From Gracilinanus agilis (taxonomy: Eukaryota), in the NCBI RefSeq assembly GCF_016433145.1, contig NC_058134.1, forward strand, positions 10,482,189 through 10,546,188: a stretch of DNA of 64,000 nucleotides, written 5' to 3'. The notes under the pieces are model-generated. The model saw only the letters and a list, made by a program, of their open reading frames with translations, was not told the origin of the DNA and searched no databases. Positions within the stretch are counted from its first letter, which is position 1. Each line of letters starts with the position of its first letter. Below, one piece after another: positions 48,222 to 60,599 of this stretch. The position numbers were made by a program, and so were the translations under genes.

Positions 48222-49604
48222 CGGGTCTCAGTGACTTTGATAGTGTTTGAAGTCCTAAAAGTGTTCTCCACACCACTAGCCTGCTGGGCCGGGCCTCCCC
48301 GGTCACCTTAATTATGGAGCTTTGTTGCCGGCTTTACTGCCCAGGAAAGGGGCCATTATATGTTCCATCAACATCAACTCTTCTCAGATTGGAGGAAAGG
48401 CCAGGTTGAAAGGCCACCATAGAAAGGCAAAGACTTCACTTTGAGGCAGTCAGATCATTTACCAGGCTTAAATTTCACTGGGTTATGGATGTGGCCGGCA
48501 CATTCCTCCCAACACAGAAGCCTCAATTTCCAGTTTTTAAACAAGTGATTACTTTTCAAAACATTTTGTTTGTGCCTGTTTGGGTGGAGGGGTTACTGCT
48601 CCTCAGGTGTGGAGGCAATTCCAGAGGAATGGATAGAAAAACACCCAAACAGACAAACACACCATCTCTGCCAACAGCCCAAGGACCTTTCCATTAATCA
48701 CACCACCAAAAAGGCCTGGTTGGAGCTATAATGAGGGGGATTATTATTAATGCTGCCTTACAAGTCAGACAAAGCGAGCAAACATCCTGTAGCTGGAGGG
48801 TTGTCCTGATAGCCCAAGGAAGGAGAAATCTTGCTGGGCACTCCAGGGTTCCCCGCCAGCTTCTTGAGTAGAGCCTTGCCTTATCTGAAAGGGAATGAAG
48901 AGTCAGGCCTCCCTGGAGCCTGGGCCTGAGGCTGGGATCTACAGAGGAGAAACTCGGCTAATTTTGTTAAGAGTCTGTATCCTCACAGGAACCTCCTCCC
49001 AGACCCAGGCGCTCCTCTTGGTGCTAAAGGAAATCTGGGAGAGAGAGCACATGAGAAGACTCATTCTTCAAACTGCATTTCCCTGAAAGAAGGGATTGTT
49101 CACCCTAGGAGAATTCACGGACAAGTTCCTAGTACTTGTGTCTCATTGTATAATGGTTGGATGCTTGGATGCTGGAAGCCTAAAACCTTCTGGAAGAAAA
49201 TTGATGTAAATCAAGCAGCTTTGAATGTGTCAGACAAAAGCAGGTTCTCTTTCTACTAAAGATCCTGGTCTTGAATGAATTCATATATTCGATAAGCTCT
49301 AATGAACAACCACTGCTCAGGTGGAGAAGAGACTGGACAGACAAAGGCAGAAAAGGAGAGGCAATAGACCAACTCACAGGCTGGGTTGGGCTTGGTGGGA
49401 TGGTAAGAATTTGGTAGCTGTACCGGCACTGACAGGTCATGGAATGAAATGATGGCCAAAATGAAACTACCTGCTTTTGCATCTCCAAGATTGTGAGACC
49501 TAAGAAAAGGATAGTGGTCTTGGAACAGATAATACTCAGAGTGGAGTAAAATATCTGAACCTAACTCAGAGAGCAGAAGCAGGACAAAAATCTAGCCAAT
49601 CTGT

Positions 49605-49736
49605 TTCCTTCCTTCCTTCCTTCCTTCCTTCCTTCCTTCCTTCCTTCCTTCCTCCCTCTTCTCTTTTCCTTTCTTCTTTTTTCCCCTTCATTCCTCTTAT
49701 GTATACCCCAAACCACCCCCTTCCTCTTTTTTTCTC
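49605..49736. repeat. (CCTT)n and pyrimidine-rich repeat
   Basis: Direct reading. Confidence 0.9.
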
Positions 49737-49927
49737 NNNNNNNNNNNNNNNNNNNNNNNNNNNNNNNNNNNNNNNNNNNNNNNNNNNNNNNNNNNNNNNN
49801 NNNNNNNNNNNNNNNNNNNNNNNNNNNNNNNNNNNNNNNNNNNNNNNNNNNNNNNNNNNNNNNNNNNNNNNNNNNNNNNNNNNNNNNNNNNNNNNNNNNN
49901 NNNNNNNNNNNNNNNNNNNNNNNNNNN
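49737..49927. other. Assembly gap (191 N)
   Basis: Run of n. Confidence 1.
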
Positions 49928-51065
49928 TTTGTCAACAATAATAGAAATCAGTAAATATCACTTAGTTAGATTTGGGGAGATCAGAACTCAATATTTTAAG
50001 AACCATTAAGACTCTAAGTTGAAGACAGAGTAAGAAGAGTGGAGTTTTGCATTGGATGATCTAGTCATCTTTAAATTCTGATAAGTGGCATCTCCCTAAC
50101 ACCATCATAACTAGTTGAAAAAGCATCCAGACCCTTATGACCAATCTAATGTCACCTGGGCTAAATCAAGTCTAGTACTGGTCACATGGATTGAATTCGT
50201 GGCACCCATTTTCTTGCTAACACTACTTGTGCTGGACTATCACAGCCTAGAGAAGTGAGGAATGTTATTAGAGGTAGTAAAGAGGGGTCAAAATGGGCTC
50301 AAGGATTTTTTTGATGGGATTGGATTGGACCCGTGATTGAATTTCCTTCTGCTAATGCAATTTTAGGCACTTTTTATCTTAGAGAGGTTCCTAGATCCTA
50401 GATCCAAGGATCACTTGGTATATATCCAAAGTGAGATCCAAAGAAATCTCTGACTAAAATCGCTCCCTATTTACGATTTCATGCTTCCTCTCTTTTGATA
50501 CAGTGATGAAATTGAAATTTCTTGATTTTATTTACTCATTTGAGACTAACCCAGAGATATTGTCAAATTTGTTTACCCCCTTTCTGATTGTACAAATGTT
50601 TACTCTAGAAGCTGGGATTAAAATCTTTAAAGTATGGCAAGATACATTCCCCCCCCCTCCCAGGGGGTGTCAGCATTCCCAGTGCTAGTGAAGTTTTCCC
50701 TCAATAACTTACAAAGTTACCATCATTCAAAATCTGCCCAAATCTGCCCAAATCATGGACATTTTAGCACCCTGGGCTCAGCTTGTTGCAGCCGAAGTTT
50801 GTGCCTGTGGCAACCATTTTTATCTCACCTCCATAATGACCCACATTGGAAAGATTAATTCATTTCAGCATGTTTCCTAATTGGCAGCTAATCAGAGCTG
50901 GGAAGTTGCATTTGCTTTATAGCTGGATGGCAGTTTCCTTTCCCTAAGTTGTAAGATACTCTCTGTTGCTGCATCGCCATTTGCTTTTGCTTAAATTGTG
51001 ATGAGGAATGCGTCTTCTTTTTTCAATGAGGTGAGGTTTTCATGTTAGTGAATCTATTTCATGAC

Positions 51066-51096
<31 letters not shown>

Positions 51097-54000
51097 TGGC
51101 CAGAATATCTGGGAAGTAGTTGGAGTGGGACGGAGCCCCCTGCTTTCTGCTTCCAACACAATAGATGGCTTTGTAAGAATGCCCCATAGGTGTCATGCTG
51201 GGGAGCTCTCTGTTTATTCCCAGGGCTAATCATTCCAGATGTGCAGATGTTTGAAACTGTATTAAACTGCCCATTGAATTGGTCTTGATTTTCTGGTGAT
51301 CAACACATCTAACACGATAGATAATGCCTGTTATCATAGCAATGAGCCAACTCGTGCCCTTGGTCATTGGGCTAAAATGTAGCCCTTTAAGTAAAATGTT
51401 CACATTTGGATTGTGTGTAGAAACACTGAACTGAGGTGAAATTACCATGAGTTACATAAAAGTTATCAATATTCCACAGGACACCAGATACTCTCATGGA
51501 CTTCTATAGAACCAGGTAGATTTTTGTTTTGTTTTATTATTTAAAGCCAGAGGAAGGAATGCTTTTCCTAGATAATGGAAAATAGATCTATAGCCCCTGG
51601 CTAGGAAACCACTGATAAGAGAGCAGTGGTACACTAGCCCTATCAATGTACCCTGCCCAAGGCATTGTGGGTTGTGGAGGACATCCTGGAGGGGAGTTAT
51701 GTGGCTCCCAAATACATGAGAGGAGCCATTGTGTTTAAGAGTTTCTTCATATAGGCACTATGGCTAAGGGGAGAATTCTTCCCCTTTGTAAACCTGCACA
51801 ATGCTTTCTTTCCTGAATTGGCAATGGTTCCCATTCACTTATGCCTGGCAAAAATATATACTTCTTTCTTCTAAAGTCAGCGTGGGGGAGTAAATGCAGC
51901 CCAGAACTTAGTGTCAGGAAGACCTGGGCTGTTCAATCTCATCTTTGCTATTACTAGCTGTGTGACCCTGGGTAAATCATTAAGCTTTTCTGAATCTCAC
52001 TTTCATCATCTGAAAATGGGTTCAATTATGCTCATGAATGCTACAAACATTTCTTAAGTGAGTGCTAAGTGCAGAGCGCTCTGTCTCACAGGTTATTGTG
52101 AGGATCAAATGAGATAACATTTGTAAAATGCCTTTTAATCATTAAAATACTCCAGGAATGCTGCCATTTGTGATTCTAAGGGTTCAGAAGCTTTGCATGT
52201 TTCATTGATTTCCAAATATCTGTAAAAACAGGGAGGAGAAAATGTGGCCATTCTCATTTACAGAGAAAGAAGCTGAGGCATAGGAGACTTGTGATATCCA
52301 TGTCCATCTATTCTTATCCATTCTCATCATCACCACCTTAAGTTCAGGCCTTGATTTCCCCTTATGTGTATATGCTATAGTAAATCATGGAATCTAAAAA
52401 ACCTCCAAAAGAGAAATGTTCCTGGGGCCATTGGAAAAAGCATCCCCATGACAGGATAGCAAAGTGTTATCATCCAGCCTGTGCTTAAACACTCCAGTAA
52501 AACAGATTTCCTTACTGTTCTCTCAATTTTCTCCATCCTTTCCTCTTTTGCTCACATGTAAATACTCATAAATCATATAGAGTGTGCTCCCCCCCCCCAC
52601 CACCAAGGGGAGGAAGTTCCATGAGGGCAGCTCTTGTGTTTCCTTTTTTTTTCAATTTTGTGTCACCAATAAAATGCCCAGGACCTTTAAATAAATTATG
52701 GAAATGGATTGGATAGAATAAACTCTTCCTCCAAAATATAGCACTTAGATGCTCCTCCCAAATCAAACATAATGGAAACATTTATCAACTACTGCTATTT
52801 AAGCTTCATAAACAAAACATTTTGCTTTATTTTTTAGTTTCAGCTCTCACTTCCCTTTCATTTACTTTCCTAGATTGTTGTCCTGTGAAGCAAGTATTTA
52901 ACCCAGAAAAATCACTGGAAAGAACCCGTGTTTTCAGCTCTCTTTATCTCTCTGTCTCTCTGTCCCTTTGTCTCTCTCTTCTTTCCTCCAACCCTCTTCC
53001 TTCTCCCACATGAACTGAAAACTTCTTCAATTCATCCAATTCCATTTCTCTAAAGTGCTGGTAGCTATATTGATATAAATTAGATTACCTCATGAACCTT
53101 CTAAAAATTTCATTAACGTCAAATGTCAATAATTGAATCTGGCTTTTATAAAGTCTGTCCGAAAGGAAACCCATTGTTTGCTGGTTTTCTTTGGTTTGTT
53201 TGGAAATGTTCCTTCCAAATTGATTTCCGGAAGGCTTTTAGGCAGTCCATTCTCATCCTCTCTTTGTAATGATCCCTCAGCCACGTTTTCTTCTGGTACT
53301 CTTTCCAATGGACAGGACAGAGTAAACAGCTGTATGGAAAGAAGAGGAAGCAAGATCTAGAACATCCCTGGGGCTTTGCCCTTTAGAATAGACTCTTCCT
53401 CTATTGGTCTCCATGATAGAGCGGGGAGGGGAGAACTGAGACACGTACATAGTGTTATCTTTGAACAGTGACTCAGATGTGTTTTGACTTATATGGTTAA
53501 AGCCAAAAGGAACATTAGAGGTAGCCTAGTCTAACCCCTTCACTTTTCCCAAGAGAAAGATTTATTTGAGGAGTGCCTTGCCAAAGTTCACAAGTAGCAG
53601 GGAATGGAGATAGGACTTGGATCCAGTTCTTCTGACTCCAAAGCCAAGACCCTTTCCCACCCTGCCCACTGAGAAAACTGCTGGTTTTCGACTCAGAAGA
53701 CCTGATTTCAAATCTAAACTCTTCCACTTACTATATGAACTTAGATCACTTTCTTTTCTTCTCTACCATTCATGATTGAATCTGTAAATGGAGGAAGCTG
53801 GAAGAAATGATCTCTGAGATCAGTTTTGTGCTAATGAATACTACAGACATTTATTAAGTGGCTTCTATGTGCAAAGCACTCTTTTGGGGGATCAAATGGC
53901 CAAGGTGAGCCCATTTCTTGCCTTCTAGGTGCTTTCTCCTGAGAAAGCTCCTTCTTCTGACACTCCATGTTCTTTGCTTCTTTTTGTTGTTGCTGTTTTT

Positions 54001-55159
54001 ATTTGTTTGGGGCTCAATATAGAGACTGCCAGCTATTCTTCTTCAGCCTCCAGAAACATTTTATACCAATAGACACTTAATACAGATATTTGCTGGCCAC
54101 CTACAGGGTGCTCATCACTGAGCTGCAGGATGCCTCCAAGGACATAGAGACTACAGATAATCTGGACTTTCCCACTGAGTTTACAATCTAGTTGGGGAGA
54201 AGGTAGGGGTGGGGGTGGTGTTAGAAGAATTCCTACCATATCTAAAGGGTAAGTCATGAGGCTGTTCTGTCTTTAAGCAGAAGATCAGAGCACAGGAGAC
54301 AATGCTCCCCATTAGGATCTGCTGTATAGGAACACCCCACTCCTCCTTTCCTAACCCCCCATAAACAGAGGTAGTGGCATGACCTACTTTGGTCAGGGAA
54401 AGATAATTCTGTGCTGCAATCAGGCAAAATGCATCCCAAATTTAGGGCAAGAATTATTTTTTCTTCAGGGATATCTCAAGTTCCCTTTGTTTGGAATGTA
54501 TTGCCCCAAATGTGGCTCAGATAAATTTCATAGCTAGACCAGGTAATAATAGCAAGCAGAGTAATTCAGGGGGTTGGGGAGGGGGAAGGGAATCTTGCTC
54601 AAAGAAACTACCCTGATAGGTAACGGTTTTGACATCGGAATTCAACTGGGACACATTTTTCATCTCAGGGCACATGCTGAGGGCTTTGGTGTGCTGGAGA
54701 AGATCAAAGACATGGGTTCTCCCCCCCTTTCCTGTTATATTCAGTATGAAAAAAAATCATTAAAAAAAAAAGATAAAGGAGAAGAAACCATCACAGAAAG
54801 TGAATGGTAACCAATTTGGTGGGGGTGGGAGTGGGGGCGAGTGAACAGAGTCAAAACAGCAATCTCCCTCGTCTCTGTTGTGGGGATTTTGGTGGGAAGA
54901 ATCTGCACCTGCTTGTTTAAAAAGTCAGAATTCAGATAGGGGCCGAGCACTGAATGAACCCTCCTGGTAATCTAGAGAGGGGCTTTAATGTAATTCACAT
55001 GGAGCGTGTTTCATCTTACCCAGAATGATTTACAAGAATGGGATGAAACCAAGGAAATATCCTGGATGGCCTCGTCTCTATTTAAAGATATTAAGTAAAT
55101 ATGTGGAGGAACTCTCTATGATTATCCTTATTAAAATGAATGGAAGACATGAGTCTATA

Positions 55160-56060
55160 ACAGAATGAAGCTATAGATGACTCGCGAGTTGGGGGGGAAT
55201 CCATTATGGGTGGGGGATGGACATCAAGCTTTCTCCTCACTCCTTAGGGTTCTAAACCTTCAGATGGTCTATTTTCACTGAGCAAATCCAGGTTTGTTTA
55301 ACTTGTTTCAAAATTTGGTGTATTCTCACGTCGAGTTTCTAAAAATCGAGTCCTAAAAAAAGCAGGACTTGCCGTACCCCTCCTTCGAGTGCCTTTGTGT
55401 CTAAAGCTTTCCCAGCAGAGGTTGACTGAACATTCTGAGAGTATTTGGGGGCGAATCGTTGCCTGTTGGTGTATCGGATTAGTCGGGGCAGGATTCCTCC
55501 AACCTTGCGACTGTGTGCCATGACTGATGGTATGATGTAAGAGGACTGCGCTGGAGCCAGAAGATGGACGCTGGCTTCCTGGGCGACCCTGGACGAATCA
55601 GACCCACGTGGTCTCTGGGCCTCGAGGTCCTCATCTCTAAAATGAGGGAAGAGAGAGAGCCGTCTGGGTGACTCTTTGGGCTGTGGCTGTATGAGCCGGG
55701 GATGGCCAGTCGCTTGGCTGGGCTGGAGCCCCAGCTTCAGGGCTCAGTGTGCAGCCTGCATTTGGAGCAGTTGCCATTTACTCGTGTAAACCCATCCTGC
55801 CTTGCTAACAGCCCCTCTGACCCACGCTGTCTTCAGTTGTTCTGGCCCAGCGGGATGGGTCTGGCCACTTCATTCATGATTTCTAGAAAGAAATCCAACG
55901 GGCAGCTGGATCCCTGGGAGCAAACAGAAATTTTCTTGGTGGGGTTCATGCCTGAACCCCAGCCCAGAAGATGGGCAGCCTGACGTTCTGCTGGCGCTCT
56001 GCAGCTTTCATGCACAACCAGGGTCATTCACGTGCCTGTCCCGTGGGAGACTCCAGCCCT
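55160..56060. promoter_or_regulatory. CpG-enriched intronic block (weak CpG-island-like)
   Basis: Roughly 30 CpGs by eye in ~0.9 kb, with raised GC content relative to the flanks. Confidence 0.45.
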
Positions 56061-56283
56061 GATATGCTGCTTTGGCCACCAGTGCCGTTGTGGCTTTAGA
56101 GTGGGAGAAAGGGCTGGCCTTAGAATCCAGAAGTCTGAGGCTCCAATCACTGGCTCTGTGACCTGGGCAAATCGCCCCGTCTCTTGGGGTCCCAAGCTAC
56201 ACCAAGAGTTCCCTTGGCTTGGAAAATCATAGGTCTGGACCCAAACACAGCAAAACCCAATGGCCTCATTGTATGACATAATA

Positions 56284-57055
56284 GCAGGGGGCTTGGATTC
56301 AGGAGGACATGAATTCAGATTCAGCCTTAGATGCTGTTTGACACTGAGTAAATCACTTAACCTCTTGATGCCTCCATTTCCTGTCAAATGGGGATAATAA
56401 TAACACCTCCCTCCCAGGGTTGCTGTGAGGATCAAACGAGATAATCATTGTGAAGTGCTTAGCACAAGGTGGCACATAGCAAGTCCTATATACATGTTGG
56501 CTTTTATTATTGACAGCTAGATGGCACGGTAAATAGAGTCCTGGGTTGTAAATCAGGAGGACCTGGATTTAAATCTGGATTCAAACACTTACTGGCTGTG
56601 TGACCCTGAGCAAGTCACTTAACTTCTGTTTACCTCAATTTCTTCAACTGTAAAGTGAGAATAATAAAACTTCCCTCCCATGGTGGTTGTGAGGATCAAA
56701 TAGTTGTAAAGGGTTTAGCACAGGGACTGGCACATTGGAAGTGCTATAGAAGTGTTGGTTAGTATTATTTTTTAAAAATAATTCCAAATTCAGGGGAATA
56801 ATATTGTATAAAAGTATATCGATATGAAGCAAGATTGTATATGGGAAAAAGTCCTGACCTTAGAAGGGACCCGGGTTCAAATATAACCCAAGGCTACATG
56901 CCCTTGGGCTGGTCACTTTATGTTTTTGAGCTTCAGTTTCCTCATCTGCAAAATGGGGATGATAATGAGCTATTCCCCCAAGGGTTGTGAGGATCAAATG
57001 AATGGCATTGCTGTGCAGTGTTTTATAACACTTCATGTGCTATGGAACTAAATGA
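56284..57055 (+). mobile_element. Three tandem same-strand CORE-SINEs (~56284-56510, ~56512-56770, ~56830-57055)
   Basis: Three successive head-core-tail units, each with ...gtgaggatcaaa.. and catctg/ctgtaaa-type cores. Confidence 0.75.
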
Positions 57056-57564
57056 TAGTTATTCACTATAATGATTTCATCATGGGATTCCTGAATTGCA
57101 AAATAGGGGTCTACTATCAGCCCTCTCTGGCTGTGTTGTCAGAAAAAGCAGGCTTCTGGAACCACAGGATGGTATGTAAATTGGGAAGAGGAATAACAAC
57201 ATCTAAAAGTCAGCAGTAGCTAACAATGAAGCCGGCTGGCAAACAAAGAAATACATGTTCCAAGTCATAATAGGAGCTCCTAAAGAGGATATAGTGCTAT
57301 CAGTTAACAGATGTACCTAGGAGAGTTTTCATGAAAAGCTGTTGGGAAAAGATACTTGTAATTTTCAGACCTCAAATTTAGTATTTTATGGTGATGGGAG
57401 ACATGCGTGTATGGTGCCTGTAGCAACCCAGGACCACATTCAGCTTCCTTCAAATTGCATTGTTCTCCACCCATTCAACCACTATTCACAAGCCCTCCTG
57501 TTTTTCCTCAGAGTCTCCCCTAGATCAGCAGAATTAACATCTGACACTATAAACAGGCAACAAA

Positions 57565-57745
57565 GATGTTGAGTCATTTCAGTTGTGCCCAACTCTTTGT
57601 GACCCCATTTGGGGCTTTCTTGGCAAAACTTCTAGTGGTTTGCTATCGTTTTCTCCAGCTCATTTTTTAGATGAAGAAACCGAGGCAAATAAGGTTAAGT
57701 GACTTGCCCAGATTCACATGCCTTGGAAATGCCTTAGGCCAGATT
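57565..57745 (-). mobile_element. MAR1-type SINE with RTE-like tail
   Basis: gtcatttcagttgtgcccaactctttgtgaccccatttgggg..ttcttggcaaa, the reverse complement of the tail at 37900-37990. Confidence 0.8.
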
Positions 57746-58814
57746 TGAGATCATAGTTATTTCAAAGAAATTCCATAATATACAGCAAGAGATCAAAATC
57801 AGGAAGCAAGTATTCCCAATACCCATTTCCCAAACTACAACTTGCTATATCACAATGCCAAAGAAAAATAGGGAAGGATAAAGTCACGATAGCAATTTGC
57901 TCAGTGATTGAGCCCATGAGGCTCAGGGTTGGTCAGAGGTTGCATTTTGGCATCAAATAGACAAAGCACGCAAGTCTTTTTAACATAACTGCCGAGGGTG
58001 GAAACCATAGTTGGGAAGAGTCTTCTTCCCTTGATTCCCACAGACAAAGGAAAGCCTCATATTAGCAGTAGGAGGAAGGAAATCAGTGCAGCTGCAGCCT
58101 AGATTTCTGGCTCTGTATCTATTTTTCTGCCCTCATCTCCCTTCCAGTGCCCCTTCTTGAATATTTCCAAATCCCCACTCTCATAAGAGTTTGGTTGTAG
58201 CCTCCCACCCCATCCACTAGCTCCCAGTGAATCTGCCCTGCATATAACAGGACCATCGCCTGGTACAGTTTATACAGATTTGTCGGCAGTGTCGTTCTCA
58301 AACCTCCTGACAAGTAAATACAAACTTCTGTGATGATAAAAAAGTAGTGTGTGCTGATATCTCCATCAAGTGCTACTCTAATGCCTCTTGGCAGTGCAGA
58401 GATGTTCCTAACTCCTTGAAAAGGATTCCAGAAGGACACAAAGTTTTCTCAACTTTACTAATCTGGTGAGGCTTCAAACATGGTCCTGGAGACCACCTTT
58501 ACTTGTGGTCATGTAAACAGGACAATTCAGTATAGAAGAACACATTCAAAACTGGCTAAAATACGAAACAGACTCCAGTGATCTGTGACCTTAATCCACT
58601 TCATCAGTGGTATGGCTGAGGACAGAAAGAAGAGTTGCCAAGAATTCTAGACCACCTACATATTTAGGGTAAATTTGGCTCTGTTGATAGTTTCTGGGAT
58701 ATGGAGGGAGATTACAAGGTCATTATTTACACTAGTCAGTCAGTAAGTATTTATGAAACACTTGCTTACTGTGGACTAGGCATTGTGCTAAAAGTACTGA
58801 GGATATAAAGAAAA

Positions 58815-58935
58815 GCAAAAAAAAAAAAGAAGGAAAGAGGGAAGGAAGGGAGGAAGAAAGAGAGGGAGGGAGGGAGGAAAGAAGGGCGGGAAGGAGAAAG
58901 GGAGGAAGGAAGAAAGGAATGGAGAAAAGGAAAAA
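58815..58935. repeat. (GGAA/GGGA)n purine-rich repeat
   Basis: Direct reading. Confidence 0.9.
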
Positions 58936-58984
58936 CCCTAGCCTCTGCTTAACAAGGATCTCAGACTATGAGAGTATTATGAGT

Positions 58985-59790
58985 CATTGTTGACTATTAT
59001 GAGTTAACAGGGTGAAATAGTGACTAGAAAGGCAAATGCCATCTTAATCTGTAATAAGACAAGTGTTCAGCTTAAAGGAAGGAATGAGTCCATTGCTCTC
59101 TCTTTACTCTGCCCCCATCCATCTGCAGTGATCCTTTGTGCAGTTATGTGCCTTTCTTAGCGTCACATTTTAGAAGAGCCATAATGAGGTACGGAGAGGT
59201 TTGGAGCCAGGGAAAGGATGTGGCTTCCATTCGTGGCTCTGCATGATTCTAAACAAGTTACCTGCTTCATTTACTCTGTTTCTGCATCTGTAAAGTGAAT
59301 AACTAGATTATATGAGCTTTAAATTCCCATCTAGCTTAAGCATCTATGAAACTAAGGAGGACACTAACAAGCTGGTGTCTTTCCAAAGGAAGGTACCCAC
59401 AGTAGTGAAGGGCTCCACATCATATTATGTAATTATGGTTTGAAGGAATTGGGCATGTATAGCCTAGAAGAGGAAAGGATCTGTAGGCACATCAGGACTG
59501 ATACCAAGTATATGAATGCCTACATTGGGGAAGAAGGATTAAATTTGTTCTCATTGGCCCCAGAGGGCAGAAATAGAAGTTAGAGAGAAGATTTCATCTG
59601 CTTTAAGGAAAAAATATTCCTTACAGAGTTCAAAGTCAACCTGACTGCATCAGATCATAGTCTTTCCCCAAATCATTCCCGCTTCCCCTTCTACAAAGGG
59701 CCTTCAAGTGAAGATTGTATTACATCTTATAGAGGAGATTCCCAGTGAAGGGCTTGATCGGTTGCAGGACTGCTGAGGTCTCTTCCAATT
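58985..59790 (+). mobile_element. Ancient CR1/L3 3' remnant
   Basis: aaggcaaatgccatcttaatctgt.., gaaggaattgggcatgtatagcctagaagag.., ttgttctcattggccccagagggcagaa, which are typical L3 ORF2 C-terminal stretches. Confidence 0.65.
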
Positions 59791-59799
59791 CTGAAATCA

Positions 59800-60185
59800 T
59801 ATGAAGAACACATGAGAAAGGAGAGAGTAAAAGACTTCCAAATTTTCATCCTGCCTTCCTACTCTGCAGATATCTTTACCATTAGGCTCTACTGTCCTGG
59901 TTAGTGATGGCCTGCACAGACCATTATTTCAGGAGAGCCTCAAGACATTCTTCACTTTAATCACAACTCAACTGTCCAGAGTCCTTCTTGTATCCCTCAC
60001 TAGTCATCTTGCCAATGGATATCCCCCTTGCCAACATTTTACAAGTTCTAGTTTATACGTAATCTTATCCAATTGAATGTAAACTCTTTGAAGGCAGGAA
60101 TGCTTTTATTGGTTCACATTTGTATTTATAAGACTTAGAATAGTACTTGTCATATATTAAATATTTTATAAATGCTCATTCACTC
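59800..60185 (+). mobile_element. L2 3' remnant followed by a pyrimidine-rich tract (to ~60535)
   Basis: gaatgtaaactctttgaaggcaggaatgc...ataaatgctcattcac L2 terminus. Confidence 0.55.
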
Positions 60186-60599
60186 TATTTTCTTTCTCTC
60201 CCTCTATCCCCTATCTCTATCTATCCATATATTGATCTTTTTATAATCTCTTATTAACTATCCATCTATCCCTCCCTTCCTCCCTATCTCTTACTCCCCC
60301 TCTCTCTATCCATCTATGTAGCTATCTTTCTATTCTTCTACCCACCTTCCATTTGTCTCTCCATCTAAGTATATGCCTTTCTTTCACTCTCTCTCTTCCT
60401 CACTTCCCTTCTCCCTTTCTTTCCATACCTCTTTCTATCTACTATTCATCCATCCTTCCCTTTATCTTTTCATCCACCATCTAGCCATCCCTCTCTCTCC
60501 CTCTCTCCTTTCTTCCCTCCCTCCCTCCTCTCTATCCAAGATTCAGAGGCATGTCATTATACAGTTTGGTCACCAGATGGTGACAACTGGACAACTGGA

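Noticed and set aside
46781-49941. Long ORFs containing X runs
   Set aside because: They read through N gaps and (TC)n or (CCTT)n repeats.
58119-58439. 106-aa minus-strand ORF
   Set aside because: No recognisable domain or splice context; length is within chance expectation.
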